This document shows, in pieces, positions 39,301-47,601 of a stretch of DNA of 57,287 bases. Under the pieces are notes generated by a model. It made no database searches, was not told the origin of the DNA, and saw nothing but the letters and a program-made list of their open reading frames with translations. The position numbers were made by a program, and so were the translations under genes. Source of the stretch: a virus (taxonomy: Duplodnaviria > Caudoviricetes); the IMG/VR virus record IMGVR_UViG_3300025869_000014, positions 1-57,287 of that record. One strand, 5' to 3'. Positions within the stretch are counted from its first letter, which is position 1, and every line of letters starts with the position of its first letter.

Positions 39301-41103
39301 CGTCATGTCTGGAGAGCTAACCCCTACCAGCACATCAAATACATTTGAGTATTTATCGCCCAATACTTGTTTGGCTTCTTCAAGCGTAAACTCTTGAACC
39401 TCAGGTAGACCTTTCTTTCTTCGATCAAAGTTAATTTCTTGAGCGGCTGTTAGGTTTGAAAGATCTCGATAAAGTTTTTCACCCTTATCTGAGTACGGTG
39501 GGACTCCATACTGATTGGTATGAAGTTGATCTATTGTTTGATTCTCTTGGTAAGGAGACTTAGGAGACTGAGTTGTGCCTGCAGCTTCGTTAAGTACCGC
39601 TGAAGTAACAGTGAAACGCTTTGGCCTGTTTAGTTTTTGACCAATAACATACAAGCTTTCTGATTGCTCAGGGGTGTAGGCTTCCGGGGCAAGATCAAGG
39701 GAGTCTATTACGGAATCGTTTACTCTTCTGTTGATCAGCTCTTGATTAAGATTTGCCATCAAATGGATAGCAGATTCTCTTTCCTGCTCAGGCTGTCCGA
39801 ACTGCTCACCTGTCTCAGAATGAACTACCTTAAAGACAGAACCTCCCGGCAATTTATCTTCGACAATGTCAAACTTGCCTGACTCTGGGAAAGCTCCGTC
39901 TTTTTGTATGCCGCTTCTTGCTATCTGACTAGCGTACTCCGCAGCCCTGTCAATCATGTTTACTTGTCGGCCAAGATACGGCTGTGCTGGGTCGAACTCA
40001 AACTGCTCGCCTTCAAAAGTTTCAGTGCCATACAAGGGATCTGGAACGACTACCGAATCTCTTTCTACTTTTAGCTTGGCAGCTTCTGCCATGTCATAGA
40101 GGTCTTGGCTTGCCTTTTCATCTTCGTCTCTAAATGCTTGCTCTCTTTCTTGCTCAGCATCTAGAACCATTTTAGATCTGCGCCGAGTTACACCGCTGGT
40201 AATTGCATCTAGCAGGGCACCAGAGCCAGCGCCTACAGTGAAGTCGTCCCATAGAGATTCTGTATAGTTAACGTTGTCAGAATAAACGCCGTCTTCAATA
40301 GCGTTCTGCAACAAGCTTGCGGCTACTTCCTGAGTTCCTTCAACAGCGCCCTCAGCCACCGCGCTACTAACAGCATTAAAAGCCTCTTCGTTTTTCCTTG
40401 GGTTCTTAAACCTTGCTATCTTTTTTAAAACGTTCAGGGGCGCAATGGCTTCTGATGCCCCAACAAAACCACCAAGAGCTATAGCTAAATCTTCTTGTCC
40501 CGCAGATACTTCTTCTCCTCTGGCTCTGGCAGCAGCTACCCTATCAGCTTGCTCTGAAGCTCCGGCACCAACGCCTGCTCCAGTTGCGCCAACCGTGGCC
40601 GCAATTCTCTGCCCTCTTGCTGCTGCACCAAGACCTTTAGCTCCAAGACCAAAAGCACCGCCCGGAACAAAGAACGAACCTATAGAGCCTAGACCTTCGC
40701 TAAGCTTTACTAGATAGTTATCTTTGTATGCATCGCCAAGACCAAGGCTTTCATTGAGAGCCTGCTTGCCCTCATTCGCTAGCCGAATAAGTTCGTTTTC
40801 ATCGCCGCTATCTATTAGATCATCAAGACCTATCAGGTCTGTGCCTACATCAGCAAGTTCTGCTAGACCAGCGCCAGCAGAAAGAAGGCCAGAACCAAAT
40901 CCTCTGACCAATCCTTTTCCCATCTCAACAGGAACACCTGCGTAATAGTCAACGCCTTTGGGCTGATTAAAACCCATTTGCCTGTGATACTCCTCAAGAT
41001 CTAAGTTTGAGTAGTATTTATTGTACAGACCATCAACAACTTCTTCGTCAGTAAGATCCTTATACTGAGGATATTTTTCTCTGAAAACAGTTAGACCGCT
41101 CAT
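33349..41103 (-). CDS. Large polyvalent internal virion protein (metallopeptidase-like, ART-like, LPD38-like)
   Basis: 2,584 aa; HEIVH; YYHGT...HFT...VYPVYL...GYDS; HDAFGH; C-terminal YYSEIPDY...TIPLPYG. Confidence 0.75.
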   Translation of the reverse strand: MSGLTVFREKYPQYKDLTDEEVVDGLYNKYYSNLDLEEYHRQMGFNQPKGVDYYAGVPVEMGKGLVRGFGSGLLSAGAGLAELADVGTDLIGLDDLIDSGDENELIRLANEGKQALNESLGLGDAYKDNYLVKLSEGLGSIGSFFVPGGAFGLGAKGLGAAARGQRIAATVGATGAGVGAGASEQADRVAAARARGEEVSAGQEDLAIALGGFVGASEAIAPLNVLKKIARFKNPRKNEEAFNAVSSAVAEGAVEGTQEVAASLLQNAIEDGVYSDNVNYTESLWDDFTVGAGSGALLDAITSGVTRRRSKMVLDAEQEREQAFRDEDEKASQDLYDMAEAAKLKVERDSVVVPDPLYGTETFEGEQFEFDPAQPYLGRQVNMIDRAAEYASQIARSGIQKDGAFPESGKFDIVEDKLPGGSVFKVVHSETGEQFGQPEQERESAIHLMANLNQELINRRVNDSVIDSLDLAPEAYTPEQSESLYVIGQKLNRPKRFTVTSAVLNEAAGTTQSPKSPYQENQTIDQLHTNQYGVPPYSDKGEKLYRDLSNLTAAQEINFDRRKKGLPEVQEFTLEEAKQVLGDKYSNVFDVLVGVSSPDMTETTENFGSVGARLAASRQEYQDQKRTLEEVSSVLQEKNIASSVDSPEVGYLLEKIVNETNVESMSPSQRMYLVQELRKLPVVAQPASLPDFRPKTYTRKQYNAAVQYVTETGDGTVENIESQIGDIGSAKRTRKVASDLQKAIKKTGLINNKDEVVTRTTLPAPERFEPEIKPYAETVSEDAANLEKLLNEDLKGMGLDDIRVRVLDELKIGPVTRKGELILAGKEGEDIRQETEGYYRPRSNTVFLALDRIKQGARDQTPEARREALTEILDHEIVHGVRNLDLWKEKEWRLLENLTRKKIFPGRGNVTFFNDAQERYPDLSAVGQMEEAVAEIIRYGRKDKKLITGKPKSLVERMYSFFEKTGNALSGTGFQSFDDVLNRLEKGEIGSRERDRIRTLQATEKRLGAVPDRGIGLSRDVKVLTPETEEEEISASRQRDRAAEQGFDTNTTYYHGTGKTNIKKFRSNLAGSFDSATNDIIAGHFTVNPEFANMFAPDRSDFSDPENAADAGTVYPVYLRQGNSFDPGRISREKDSGGELQALSREVDNLSSPVYKSYADKMMEQMGYPASDTEARDSIINGRRKQLQQIVGSITQRPSDVGFAELEALSPFVRSAGYDSYVDYENSIQDMATGIAMFKPSDIKGVHAQYDPSGVPQGYEYADDIMFSKQGTDDTIQEDTTGGVSDEQARRLGQRNRDRGRRLQSRSFTPLEGAPAIQGATGPIPEIVAIAEEYAEDYGLPERKQRSYVKVPKDRGERLAKAYDEMRNDPQNPAVKKAYKDLIRQTKNQYKALTDAGYEFTFYDSESDPYDGNPFNAMRDLRATKRMAVYGTYDGYGTEGITDSEIENNPMLEDTGLRWKDQSGDRKLVTANDLFRAVHDAFGHGIEGSGFRARGEENAWQAHAKLFTGPALHALTSETRGQNSWLNYGPYAENNRTAKIEDTVFAEQKIGLMPDWTWTEGLEYEDPVTESRARVESKDELKAAEQKAAEFSERNPPSTIMNSLDNSPEVQQSIIDQEILGEPFSFQTKGYSFKDKFVFWAADKFTGLKDAEREINKYRASLGLSPLKATESAYIGEESISGILGNKMRRFEDERKKPLAKKIADSGYSLDEVDEFLILRHAIERNEKVAIRDSQRDVELNPGSGKLKTGQALTNSFVKRKMKERYDMDWNSSTGTWSGGNGRGKKLQSVAADVDKIVNETIDGTIEGGLIDKDSAEGIRSAYKYYAPLRGKDIEDDYAENLIIGSSISTKGKEFLRAMGRESAAQSPLGHVLLNAERSMARGTKNKQFGERLVNLVKSSPDAEFWRVISPEDPRYMRAFEKKFTYVGNDKDLQGQTFSEIPPDANRKDYIQKIVLKRDNLSPGFDKDLIGVKLDGQQVYVELADKRLRDAILGMDSGTADNLIQKFGVVNRFLSMMNTSLNPEFVIGNFSRDVQTAIFNILGEQDMSQGKAKDQKLVAKVIKDVIPSMGVFYKAARNFSVKDGTFVGNLSGIDPVDQADVREYMESGAKADWFHSRPPEDQTKTIQSMIDMANGTFKGNFQRRYQSVMKFVEDSNASVENAVRLATFKASRDELLNAGVPRPEALAQAASLAKNLTINFNRKGNAGDLVNSLYLFFNASVQGTANFARGLFGPNMNPLSSEASRVKQGAVTSLIMFGALSALRAEEESEENPETGRSYYSEIPDYVKERNIVIMADDGKNHYTIPLPYGYNVFHSLGQNVFEMSNGHISPLKATSNVTSAFLGSFSPIGFSSPAPTIAQPFIEIAKNENFFGSPIYRENFPTGTQLPESSMSMSTTRTPFKWMAKLSNSLIGGNEQQSGALDVSPDVLEHLAEFALGGAGTFGMRNLDAFEKWQKGEDLKAREIPFLRRIKGEPDERVSMGDFYERKIKLEQLEARLDVLRGADRINFRKNNAQKLRTLRDLERAEDQLRKLREQRKRIKAIASRSPQDALKMGKAEEEVYDRMNSVYNRFNKSYDKKVGRTN

Positions 41104-43508
41104 TATGCCGTAGGTATCAAATCGGTAGGATTAACATCATCGAATGGAGACTTTGTTTTTGGCTGACCAGAACTTGGAGCAGCAATGTCTTTAGTGTTTA
41201 AAATACCTTGAGTGAATTTTTGCAAAGCAGCGTTCCATTCTGCAGGAGAGTGTTCAGGATTGTCCGTAGCCCAGTTTTTCATGGCCTCGTCTATTGGTTT
41301 AACATAAAGCCTAAGCTGAGCAGCCGTCAAGTCTCTCTCAGAATTCTTGGTTATTTCTTTGTATCTTTCTACTGTTGCCTGAGCAATAAGATTTTGCAAT
41401 TGCCTGTCGCTTTCCGCTTTACTTGCAGCGTTAATTGCCTTGGCAATCTCCGCTTCAAAGTTTGCTCTTGCAATAGCAGCGTCCTTATCCATACCTGCAG
41501 CTAGAAACTCCTTCTGCCGCTGGTCTGCATAGTCTGCCGTTACTGCATCAAGTTTTTTATTGTAGTTAGCAACGGCTGCTTCTCTTCCTTTAACGCCCAT
41601 ATTCATCTGAGCTTCTTTTGAAACCATCTCCATGCGACGAGCTAAGCTGTTTTCAGCAGATGATTCTGCTCTAGCTTCTTTCATAATATCAGAAGATACT
41701 CTGCTAGCGCCTCTCAACCCTTCGGATACATTCCCTTCTGCAATGCCTGCGCCTAACTGAATCAACGCTTGAGCGCCAGCATCTTTTTTAGCATCTTCTT
41801 TTATTTTTCTAACTCTTCTTTCTGACTCCGTTATAAGTCCTTTGTAATCAGGGGCAAAGCTTGAGTAATCTGTGCTAGGCCTTTCTCCGCTTAACTTGCC
41901 AAGCAATTCTATGTACCCAGTCGATGTGCTGTTTCTTAGATTTTCAGCAACCGAGTCTATCTCATTGATTCTTTCTTGAGCTTTAGAGAAATCAGTAGGA
42001 ACAACTGGTTTGTTTTGTAGCCCTCTCAACCCTTCGGAAACAGCTGCGAAACCGGATGGGTCTTGCATTGCATCTATCACGGCTGAGTGATCAAGACTGT
42101 ATTGAGGATCATTCCTCCCAAGCCATGACTCTTTTTGTTCGACGGTTGCGTTGGCAGGAGGCTGAGCAACAGCCTCGACAATGTTAGTGCTGGCAGGAAC
42201 TTCAGCTACACCATTGTTTAAGTACTGGTCGAGAGCCCCTGTCCGTTCTATGTATTTATCAAACTGAGTTCTTGCTCTTTCATCAGCTCTAAAGGGACTA
42301 GAAAAAGCTCTTGGCACATTTTCTCCAAGAATTCTTTTGTACATCTCCCCTCTAGTTTCAACTACGGGGTCTATTGTGCGGTCATAAAACGTTCGTGAAC
42401 CTTTAGTGTAGGGTAACTCTGAGTTAAAAATACTGTCTGATAATTCTTCTATTGTACTGCCCTTAGGCTGAAACAGCTTACTTTGATCAGTCTCCACTTT
42501 AATCTCAGGACTTGATTCATTCATGGCAGCATTGATCATTGCGTTATTCGGCTGGGTTCCAGAAGAAAGCGCCAGCTTTTCTCCATCACCTATTACCGCG
42601 CTACTGTCTCTTACCTTGGTAATAAGACTCTCAAGAGGCGCGTAAGATATTCCGGGATTAGTTCCCATTAGTTCTTTGGCCGCAGTGCTGTCTGGGTATC
42701 TACTAGCTAGGTTTTGAAGCTGAGAGGCTACATCGTCAGGCTCAGACAAGTCTCCTACTACACCGGACATAAAGTTAGGGTTGAGCCCTAACTCACCAAT
42801 CTTGTTGCTTATCTCGTCAGGACTAGCCATTGCCAACAAAGTTTCTAGCCTATCATCTTGAGAATAATCACCAAGCGTAGATCCATATAAGTCACCTACT
42901 TGATCTTGAATACCTAGGCTTTGTTTCCTCGCAGTATTTCTTTGGTCACCCCTAAGCTGTAGAGCTGCTCTCTCTAGATCACCAATCTGTTGACCCATAG
43001 GCATAACTTCTTGATTGTATGCCGCCAAGTCTTGTAAATAAGGGCTGGTAAAAGGTGCGTCTTGACCGCCAGCCATTCTAACAACACCGCCCGCAGCCAT
43101 ACCCATTGGCTGTTGCATGCTCATCTGAGGAGGCATACCCATTGGCGGTTGACCCATTGGAGGAGGTGGCCCCATTGGAGGCTGGCCCATCTGAGGAGGC
43201 ATGCCCATCTGAGGAGGTGGCCCCATCTGTGGGGGCTGACCCATTGGAGGTTGGCCCATCTGTGGAGGTTGGCCCATTGGGGGTTGAGAACCTAGTTCAG
43301 CAATGCCACCACTAAGAATCTGATCCTTTACAGTTCCTTGCGGAGACTGCTCACCCTGTTGAGAAAACCTTTTCCTCATGTCCTGTCTTCTCTGTATTTC
43401 GGACACAATAAGATACTGAGGTAGCGGGCCAGAAGGACGCTGAGCTTCCTGCATTAGAGATTGATCCGGCAGTCCTTTGATTAAATCTTCTTGCTCAAAT
43501 ATGTTCAT
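41103..43508 (-). CDS. Internal virion (ejection) protein
   Basis: 801 aa; N-terminal PPMGQ repeats, MAAGGV motif, helical C-terminus. Confidence 0.65.
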   Translation of the reverse strand: MNIFEQEDLIKGLPDQSLMQEAQRPSGPLPQYLIVSEIQRRQDMRKRFSQQGEQSPQGTVKDQILSGGIAELGSQPPMGQPPQMGQPPMGQPPQMGPPPQMGMPPQMGQPPMGPPPPMGQPPMGMPPQMSMQQPMGMAAGGVVRMAGGQDAPFTSPYLQDLAAYNQEVMPMGQQIGDLERAALQLRGDQRNTARKQSLGIQDQVGDLYGSTLGDYSQDDRLETLLAMASPDEISNKIGELGLNPNFMSGVVGDLSEPDDVASQLQNLASRYPDSTAAKELMGTNPGISYAPLESLITKVRDSSAVIGDGEKLALSSGTQPNNAMINAAMNESSPEIKVETDQSKLFQPKGSTIEELSDSIFNSELPYTKGSRTFYDRTIDPVVETRGEMYKRILGENVPRAFSSPFRADERARTQFDKYIERTGALDQYLNNGVAEVPASTNIVEAVAQPPANATVEQKESWLGRNDPQYSLDHSAVIDAMQDPSGFAAVSEGLRGLQNKPVVPTDFSKAQERINEIDSVAENLRNSTSTGYIELLGKLSGERPSTDYSSFAPDYKGLITESERRVRKIKEDAKKDAGAQALIQLGAGIAEGNVSEGLRGASRVSSDIMKEARAESSAENSLARRMEMVSKEAQMNMGVKGREAAVANYNKKLDAVTADYADQRQKEFLAAGMDKDAAIARANFEAEIAKAINAASKAESDRQLQNLIAQATVERYKEITKNSERDLTAAQLRLYVKPIDEAMKNWATDNPEHSPAEWNAALQKFTQGILNTKDIAAPSSGQPKTKSPFDDVNPTDLIPTA

Positions 43509-46500
43509 TAACCACCGCCTCCTAAGGCTCTATATAATCCGACTCCACCAATACCTGCTCCCAAAGCCTCGCTATAAGGACTTGGTTGTGATCCATACGA
43601 AGCCGTGGTCGATCCCGGAGTAATCGGCAAGCCTCTTAGTATATTGCTAAACATACTTAGTTGCTCTCTTGGGAACGCTTGTTGTCTCAAGAAGTCTTGA
43701 TAACCCATGTCCATGCTGCGCTGACCCATATCTCTCTGAATCTGCCCAGCGGCCTGAAGATTACGCAATCTTTCATAGCCCATCTGCTGCTCTTGTCCGC
43801 CAAAGGTGCCAAGCATTCTTGAAGCCTCAAGCTGCTGATTCCTTGTTGCTTGATCTGCGCCAAGTCCAGCCAATCCAAGCCTAGCCGCTGTTTCTCCAGA
43901 TCCAACATTAAACTGTTGAGCATCCATTCGCATTTGATTTTCAGCTTGTCTTGCAGCATCTTCTTGTTGCTGTGCATTAAGGCCAAGTCGAGATGCTTCC
44001 TGTCTAGCCTGCTCTCCAGCTTGATAAACGGCTCTTTCTTCTTGTTGTTGAGCAATCCTAAGCTGTTCGTTTTGATTAAACTGATTTTGTCTAAACTCTT
44101 CTGCAGCTCTATTAGAAGCATCTTGCTGTTCTTGTGCGCTAAGCCCAAGCCTTGCTGCTTCTTGTCTCGCTTGCTCTTGTATCTGAAACGTTTGATTTTC
44201 AAACTCTTGAGCTTGCTGACTAGCTTGTTCTGATTGCTGGAAAGCAGATTGTCTATATCTTTCTGTTGCTTCCCTGCTAGCTTGCTCTTGCTGTTGAGCA
44301 TTCAATCCTAAACGAGCGGCCTCTTGTCTTGCTTGCTGCCCTGCATTGAAGGCATCTTGATCAAACGATTCTTGCTGCTGCCTAAATGATTGAGTTTGTT
44401 GGAACGCGCTTTGACGAAACTCTTCAGAAGCTTGTTTTGCAGCTTCTTCTTGTTGCTGGGCATTCAATCCTAGTCGGGCAGCTTCTTGCTTTGCTTGCTC
44501 TCCTGCATCAAAAGCCTGTTGATTTATTCTGTCTTGTTGAACTTCAGACTCTAATCGTTGGCTTTCTGCACTCTGTTTGAATTGTTCGATAGCTCTTTTA
44601 GATGAGTCATCTTGTTCTTGAGCAGACAATCCTAATCTAGCTGCCTCTTGCTTGGCTTGTTCTCCGGCTTGAAAAGCTCTTAAGTTTATATCTTCTTGTT
44701 GAACTTCTGCTTGCAGCTTTTGTCCTTCAGCTGATTGTCTAAATTCTTCCTGCGCTCTACGAGCAGCCTCTTCTTGTTCTTGAGAAGAAAGGCCCAACCT
44801 TGCAGCTTCTTGGCGAGCAGACTCTCCAAGCTGGAACACTTGGTTTTGTAGCTCTTGCCTTGTAACTCTTCCGGCTTCTGACTGCTGAAAGGCAGATTGT
44901 CTAAACTCTTCTTGCGCCCTACGAGATGCTTCTTCTTGCTCTTGCGCTGAAAGCCCTAGCCTTGCTGCTTCTTGACGAGCAGATTCTCCTGCCTGAAAAG
45001 ATTGAACATCCAGCTCTTGTTGTCTTACTCTTCCAGTTTCTGTTTGCTGGAACGCAGACTGCCTAAATTCTTCTTGGGCACGACGAGAAGCTTCTTCTTG
45101 TTCCTGTGCCGAAAGTCCCATTCTGGCTGCTTCTTGTTTTGCTTGTTCGCCAGCCTGAAAAGCTCTCAGGTTTATATCTTCCTGTTGCGTTTGAGCCTGT
45201 AATTGTTGGCCTTCTGAGCTTTGTCTAAACTGTTCTTGAGCTTGCCTTGCCGCTTCATCTTGCTCTTGCGCCGACAATCCTAGTCGAGCAGCTTCCTGTC
45301 TCGCAGCCTCTCCTGTTTGATATGCTTGAGCATTTAGTTCTTGCTGTCTTACTCTGCCAGACTCTGTTTGTTGAAATGCAGATTGACTAAGTTCTTCTTG
45401 GGCCCTCTTAGCAGCTTCTTCTTGCTGCTGGGCATTTAAACCTAAGTCTGCAGCTCTTTGACGAGCCGATTCCCCAGCTTCAAACGACCTAATCGCCATG
45501 CTTTGCTGTTCTTGCCTAGCTTGCTCAGAGGTTTGAAAAGCCCCTTGACGAAGCCTTTCCGATTCTTGTCTAGCTCGATCCTTTGCCTCACCTGTACTTA
45601 GCCCAAGTTCAGACTCTTGAAGTCTTGCTGCTCTATCCGCTTCAAATGACTGAAGAGCTTGCTGATAAGCTGCTTGACCACCCTGTGATTGAATGTCTGA
45701 TAGTTGCTGGCCTAGGTTTCTTTCTCTTTCAGACTGCATGATGGCTTCTCTATATCCACCAAGGCCGCCAGATGCTGCTGCTTGTTGAGATATCTGAGAT
45801 CCTGCAATGTCAGATTGTTTTTGCGCTTCTCTTTTTTCAATGTCCGTAACTAATTGTTGATACGGATTCATGTATTTTTCTAAAGTTGCAGCATCAGCTA
45901 CAGTACCCGCTTGAAAAGCTGGGCCTGTATCAATATCTCCTGCGTACTGACTTTGTAATTCTCTAGCTGTATAGTCTTGACCGAGTTCTCTTGCAACATA
46001 TCCGGGATCAAAATCTCCGGCTTGATAACCAGACTCTAAATCCCTTGCTTGATAGTCTTGTTGAAGGTCTCTTGCTTGATAACCCGGATCAAAATCTCCA
46101 GCTGTATATCTGGAATCTCCGGGAACAGTAAGTCTTCCTGCTTCAAAATCACCTGCCTGATAACCCGGATCAAAATCTCCTGCAGTGAATTGTGAGTTTA
46201 AGTCTCTAGCCGAATAACCTTGACCAATATTCCCGGCAGAATATCCCGGATCAAATGTGTCACCAATAAAATTAGATTGAAAATCGATTGGGGCATAACC
46301 TTGATTCAAATCTCTTGCTTGATAGCCGGGATCAAAATCCCCGCCATAATACTGAGAAGCGCCCGGAGCAGTTATTTGTCCTGCAGCAAAGTCATTAGGA
46401 TTGTATCCCGGATCAAACTGAGTGCCTTGATATTGATTTCTTCTAGGCCCAGAAAGCTGAAGACCCTCTCTTGTAGTAGCATTATAGCCGGGGTCAAAAC

Positions 46501-47089
46501 TTCCTGAATCATACTCAGAGCTTAAATCGCCAGCCTCATACTGACTCCTTCTTTCTCCCGGCCTGTAACCAGAATAAAAGTTTCTGTCCTGAAGGTTACT
46601 GTCAATAGAACCCGGAACATATCCTTGAGTAGCGGTGCCTGCATCATAGCCAGAATCAAAAGAAGTTGGACTGTATTCGGCTTGCCTTTGCCCTGCCTCG
46701 TAACCTTGACCAAGTTTTCCTGCTGCATAACCGGGATCAAACATGCCCGCTTGATAATTAGATGCAATCTGCTGGGGATTAAAACCTCCAGCAATATTCA
46801 TCCCCATATTAGAATCTTGATATCCTATTTGAGAAGCAATATCCGAAGCTTGCCTCAGCTGCAGAGGAGTGCCTGCAGAAGCCATGTCGAACATGCCTTG
46901 CATACCCATTTGCTCGTAAGGAGTAAAGTCTGCTATTCGTTGACCGGGATAAGCTTCGTATGGACGAGTAGTCTCATACATGGATCGACCAAGCATTTCT
47001 TCAAAATACGGACGAGCGTATTCTGGCAAGTTGCTTGTTGTTTGAACAACCTCTTGTGGCCCGCTTGAGCCTCCGCCGCCTTTACTCAT
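43508..47089 (-). CDS. Gln-rich DNA-ejection/pilot-like protein with two repeat arrays
   Basis: 1,193 aa; Gly-rich ends, central YMNPYQQ core; function inferred from position among internal virion genes. Confidence 0.65.
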   Translation of the reverse strand: MSKGGGGSSGPQEVVQTTSNLPEYARPYFEEMLGRSMYETTRPYEAYPGQRIADFTPYEQMGMQGMFDMASAGTPLQLRQASDIASQIGYQDSNMGMNIAGGFNPQQIASNYQAGMFDPGYAAGKLGQGYEAGQRQAEYSPTSFDSGYDAGTATQGYVPGSIDSNLQDRNFYSGYRPGERRSQYEAGDLSSEYDSGSFDPGYNATTREGLQLSGPRRNQYQGTQFDPGYNPNDFAAGQITAPGASQYYGGDFDPGYQARDLNQGYAPIDFQSNFIGDTFDPGYSAGNIGQGYSARDLNSQFTAGDFDPGYQAGDFEAGRLTVPGDSRYTAGDFDPGYQARDLQQDYQARDLESGYQAGDFDPGYVARELGQDYTARELQSQYAGDIDTGPAFQAGTVADAATLEKYMNPYQQLVTDIEKREAQKQSDIAGSQISQQAAASGGLGGYREAIMQSERERNLGQQLSDIQSQGGQAAYQQALQSFEADRAARLQESELGLSTGEAKDRARQESERLRQGAFQTSEQARQEQQSMAIRSFEAGESARQRAADLGLNAQQQEEAAKRAQEELSQSAFQQTESGRVRQQELNAQAYQTGEAARQEAARLGLSAQEQDEAARQAQEQFRQSSEGQQLQAQTQQEDINLRAFQAGEQAKQEAARMGLSAQEQEEASRRAQEEFRQSAFQQTETGRVRQQELDVQSFQAGESARQEAARLGLSAQEQEEASRRAQEEFRQSAFQQSEAGRVTRQELQNQVFQLGESARQEAARLGLSSQEQEEAARRAQEEFRQSAEGQKLQAEVQQEDINLRAFQAGEQAKQEAARLGLSAQEQDDSSKRAIEQFKQSAESQRLESEVQQDRINQQAFDAGEQAKQEAARLGLNAQQQEEAAKQASEEFRQSAFQQTQSFRQQQESFDQDAFNAGQQARQEAARLGLNAQQQEQASREATERYRQSAFQQSEQASQQAQEFENQTFQIQEQARQEAARLGLSAQEQQDASNRAAEEFRQNQFNQNEQLRIAQQQEERAVYQAGEQARQEASRLGLNAQQQEDAARQAENQMRMDAQQFNVGSGETAARLGLAGLGADQATRNQQLEASRMLGTFGGQEQQMGYERLRNLQAAGQIQRDMGQRSMDMGYQDFLRQQAFPREQLSMFSNILRGLPITPGSTTASYGSQPSPYSEALGAGIGGVGLYRALGGGG
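43988..45607 (-). repeat. Ten 162-bp (54-aa) repeats LGLSAQEQEE...QARQEAAR
   Basis: Exact 54-aa period counted in the translation. Confidence 0.9.
45944..46753 (-). repeat. Ten 81-bp (27-aa) repeats xAGDFDPGY...
   Basis: Exact 27-aa period counted in the translation. Confidence 0.9.
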
Positions 47090-47601
47090 TCTTCAAGCCT
47101 CTTTTCATAAACAACGTATGATCTTTCAAAATCATCTTGCTTTAGCCACTGCCAGAATCCCATTCTAGCTGTAGCTTCTATGCCTTTGCAGTTGTTATCT
47201 CTAGCCCAGTCATGAAATCTATCAAGCATATCCCAGACCCATTCATTAAACTTATCGCCACCCAAGAACTGTATAGCAAGCATTCTTTTATTAGGATAAT
47301 CAACAAGCTCTGTTGTACCAACACCACTGATATTTTTGTCTGAATCGAAAGCAACCCAAAGATGTTGCTGCCCATTTAGTATGGATGCAAAAAGCATTTC
47401 CATGCTCCATCGGCCTTTAGATCTAGCGATAGCTTTCGCTAATTGCTCGCTTACATCAGGCCACAAAGTAGCCAAGTAATTAGACGGAACCAAAGCAATA
47501 GTATGAGTAGCCTCTCCTCGCTCTGATCTAGACTTTACTTTAGGCTCCCTAGAAAGATCCTTTATATTTTTTAGATTAGAAAACTCTATAGGTTTTATCA
47601 T
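47086..47601 (-). CDS. GNAT-fold-like virion-assembly protein
   Basis: LWV...TT...YP...L.I.FLGG...WARDNNC..IE..AR.G. Confidence 0.55.
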   Translation of the reverse strand: MIKPIEFSNLKNIKDLSREPKVKSRSERGEATHTIALVPSNYLATLWPDVSEQLAKAIARSKGRWSMEMLFASILNGQQHLWVAFDSDKNISGVGTTELVDYPNKRMLAIQFLGGDKFNEWVWDMLDRFHDWARDNNCKGIEATARMGFWQWLKQDDFERSYVVYEKRLEE

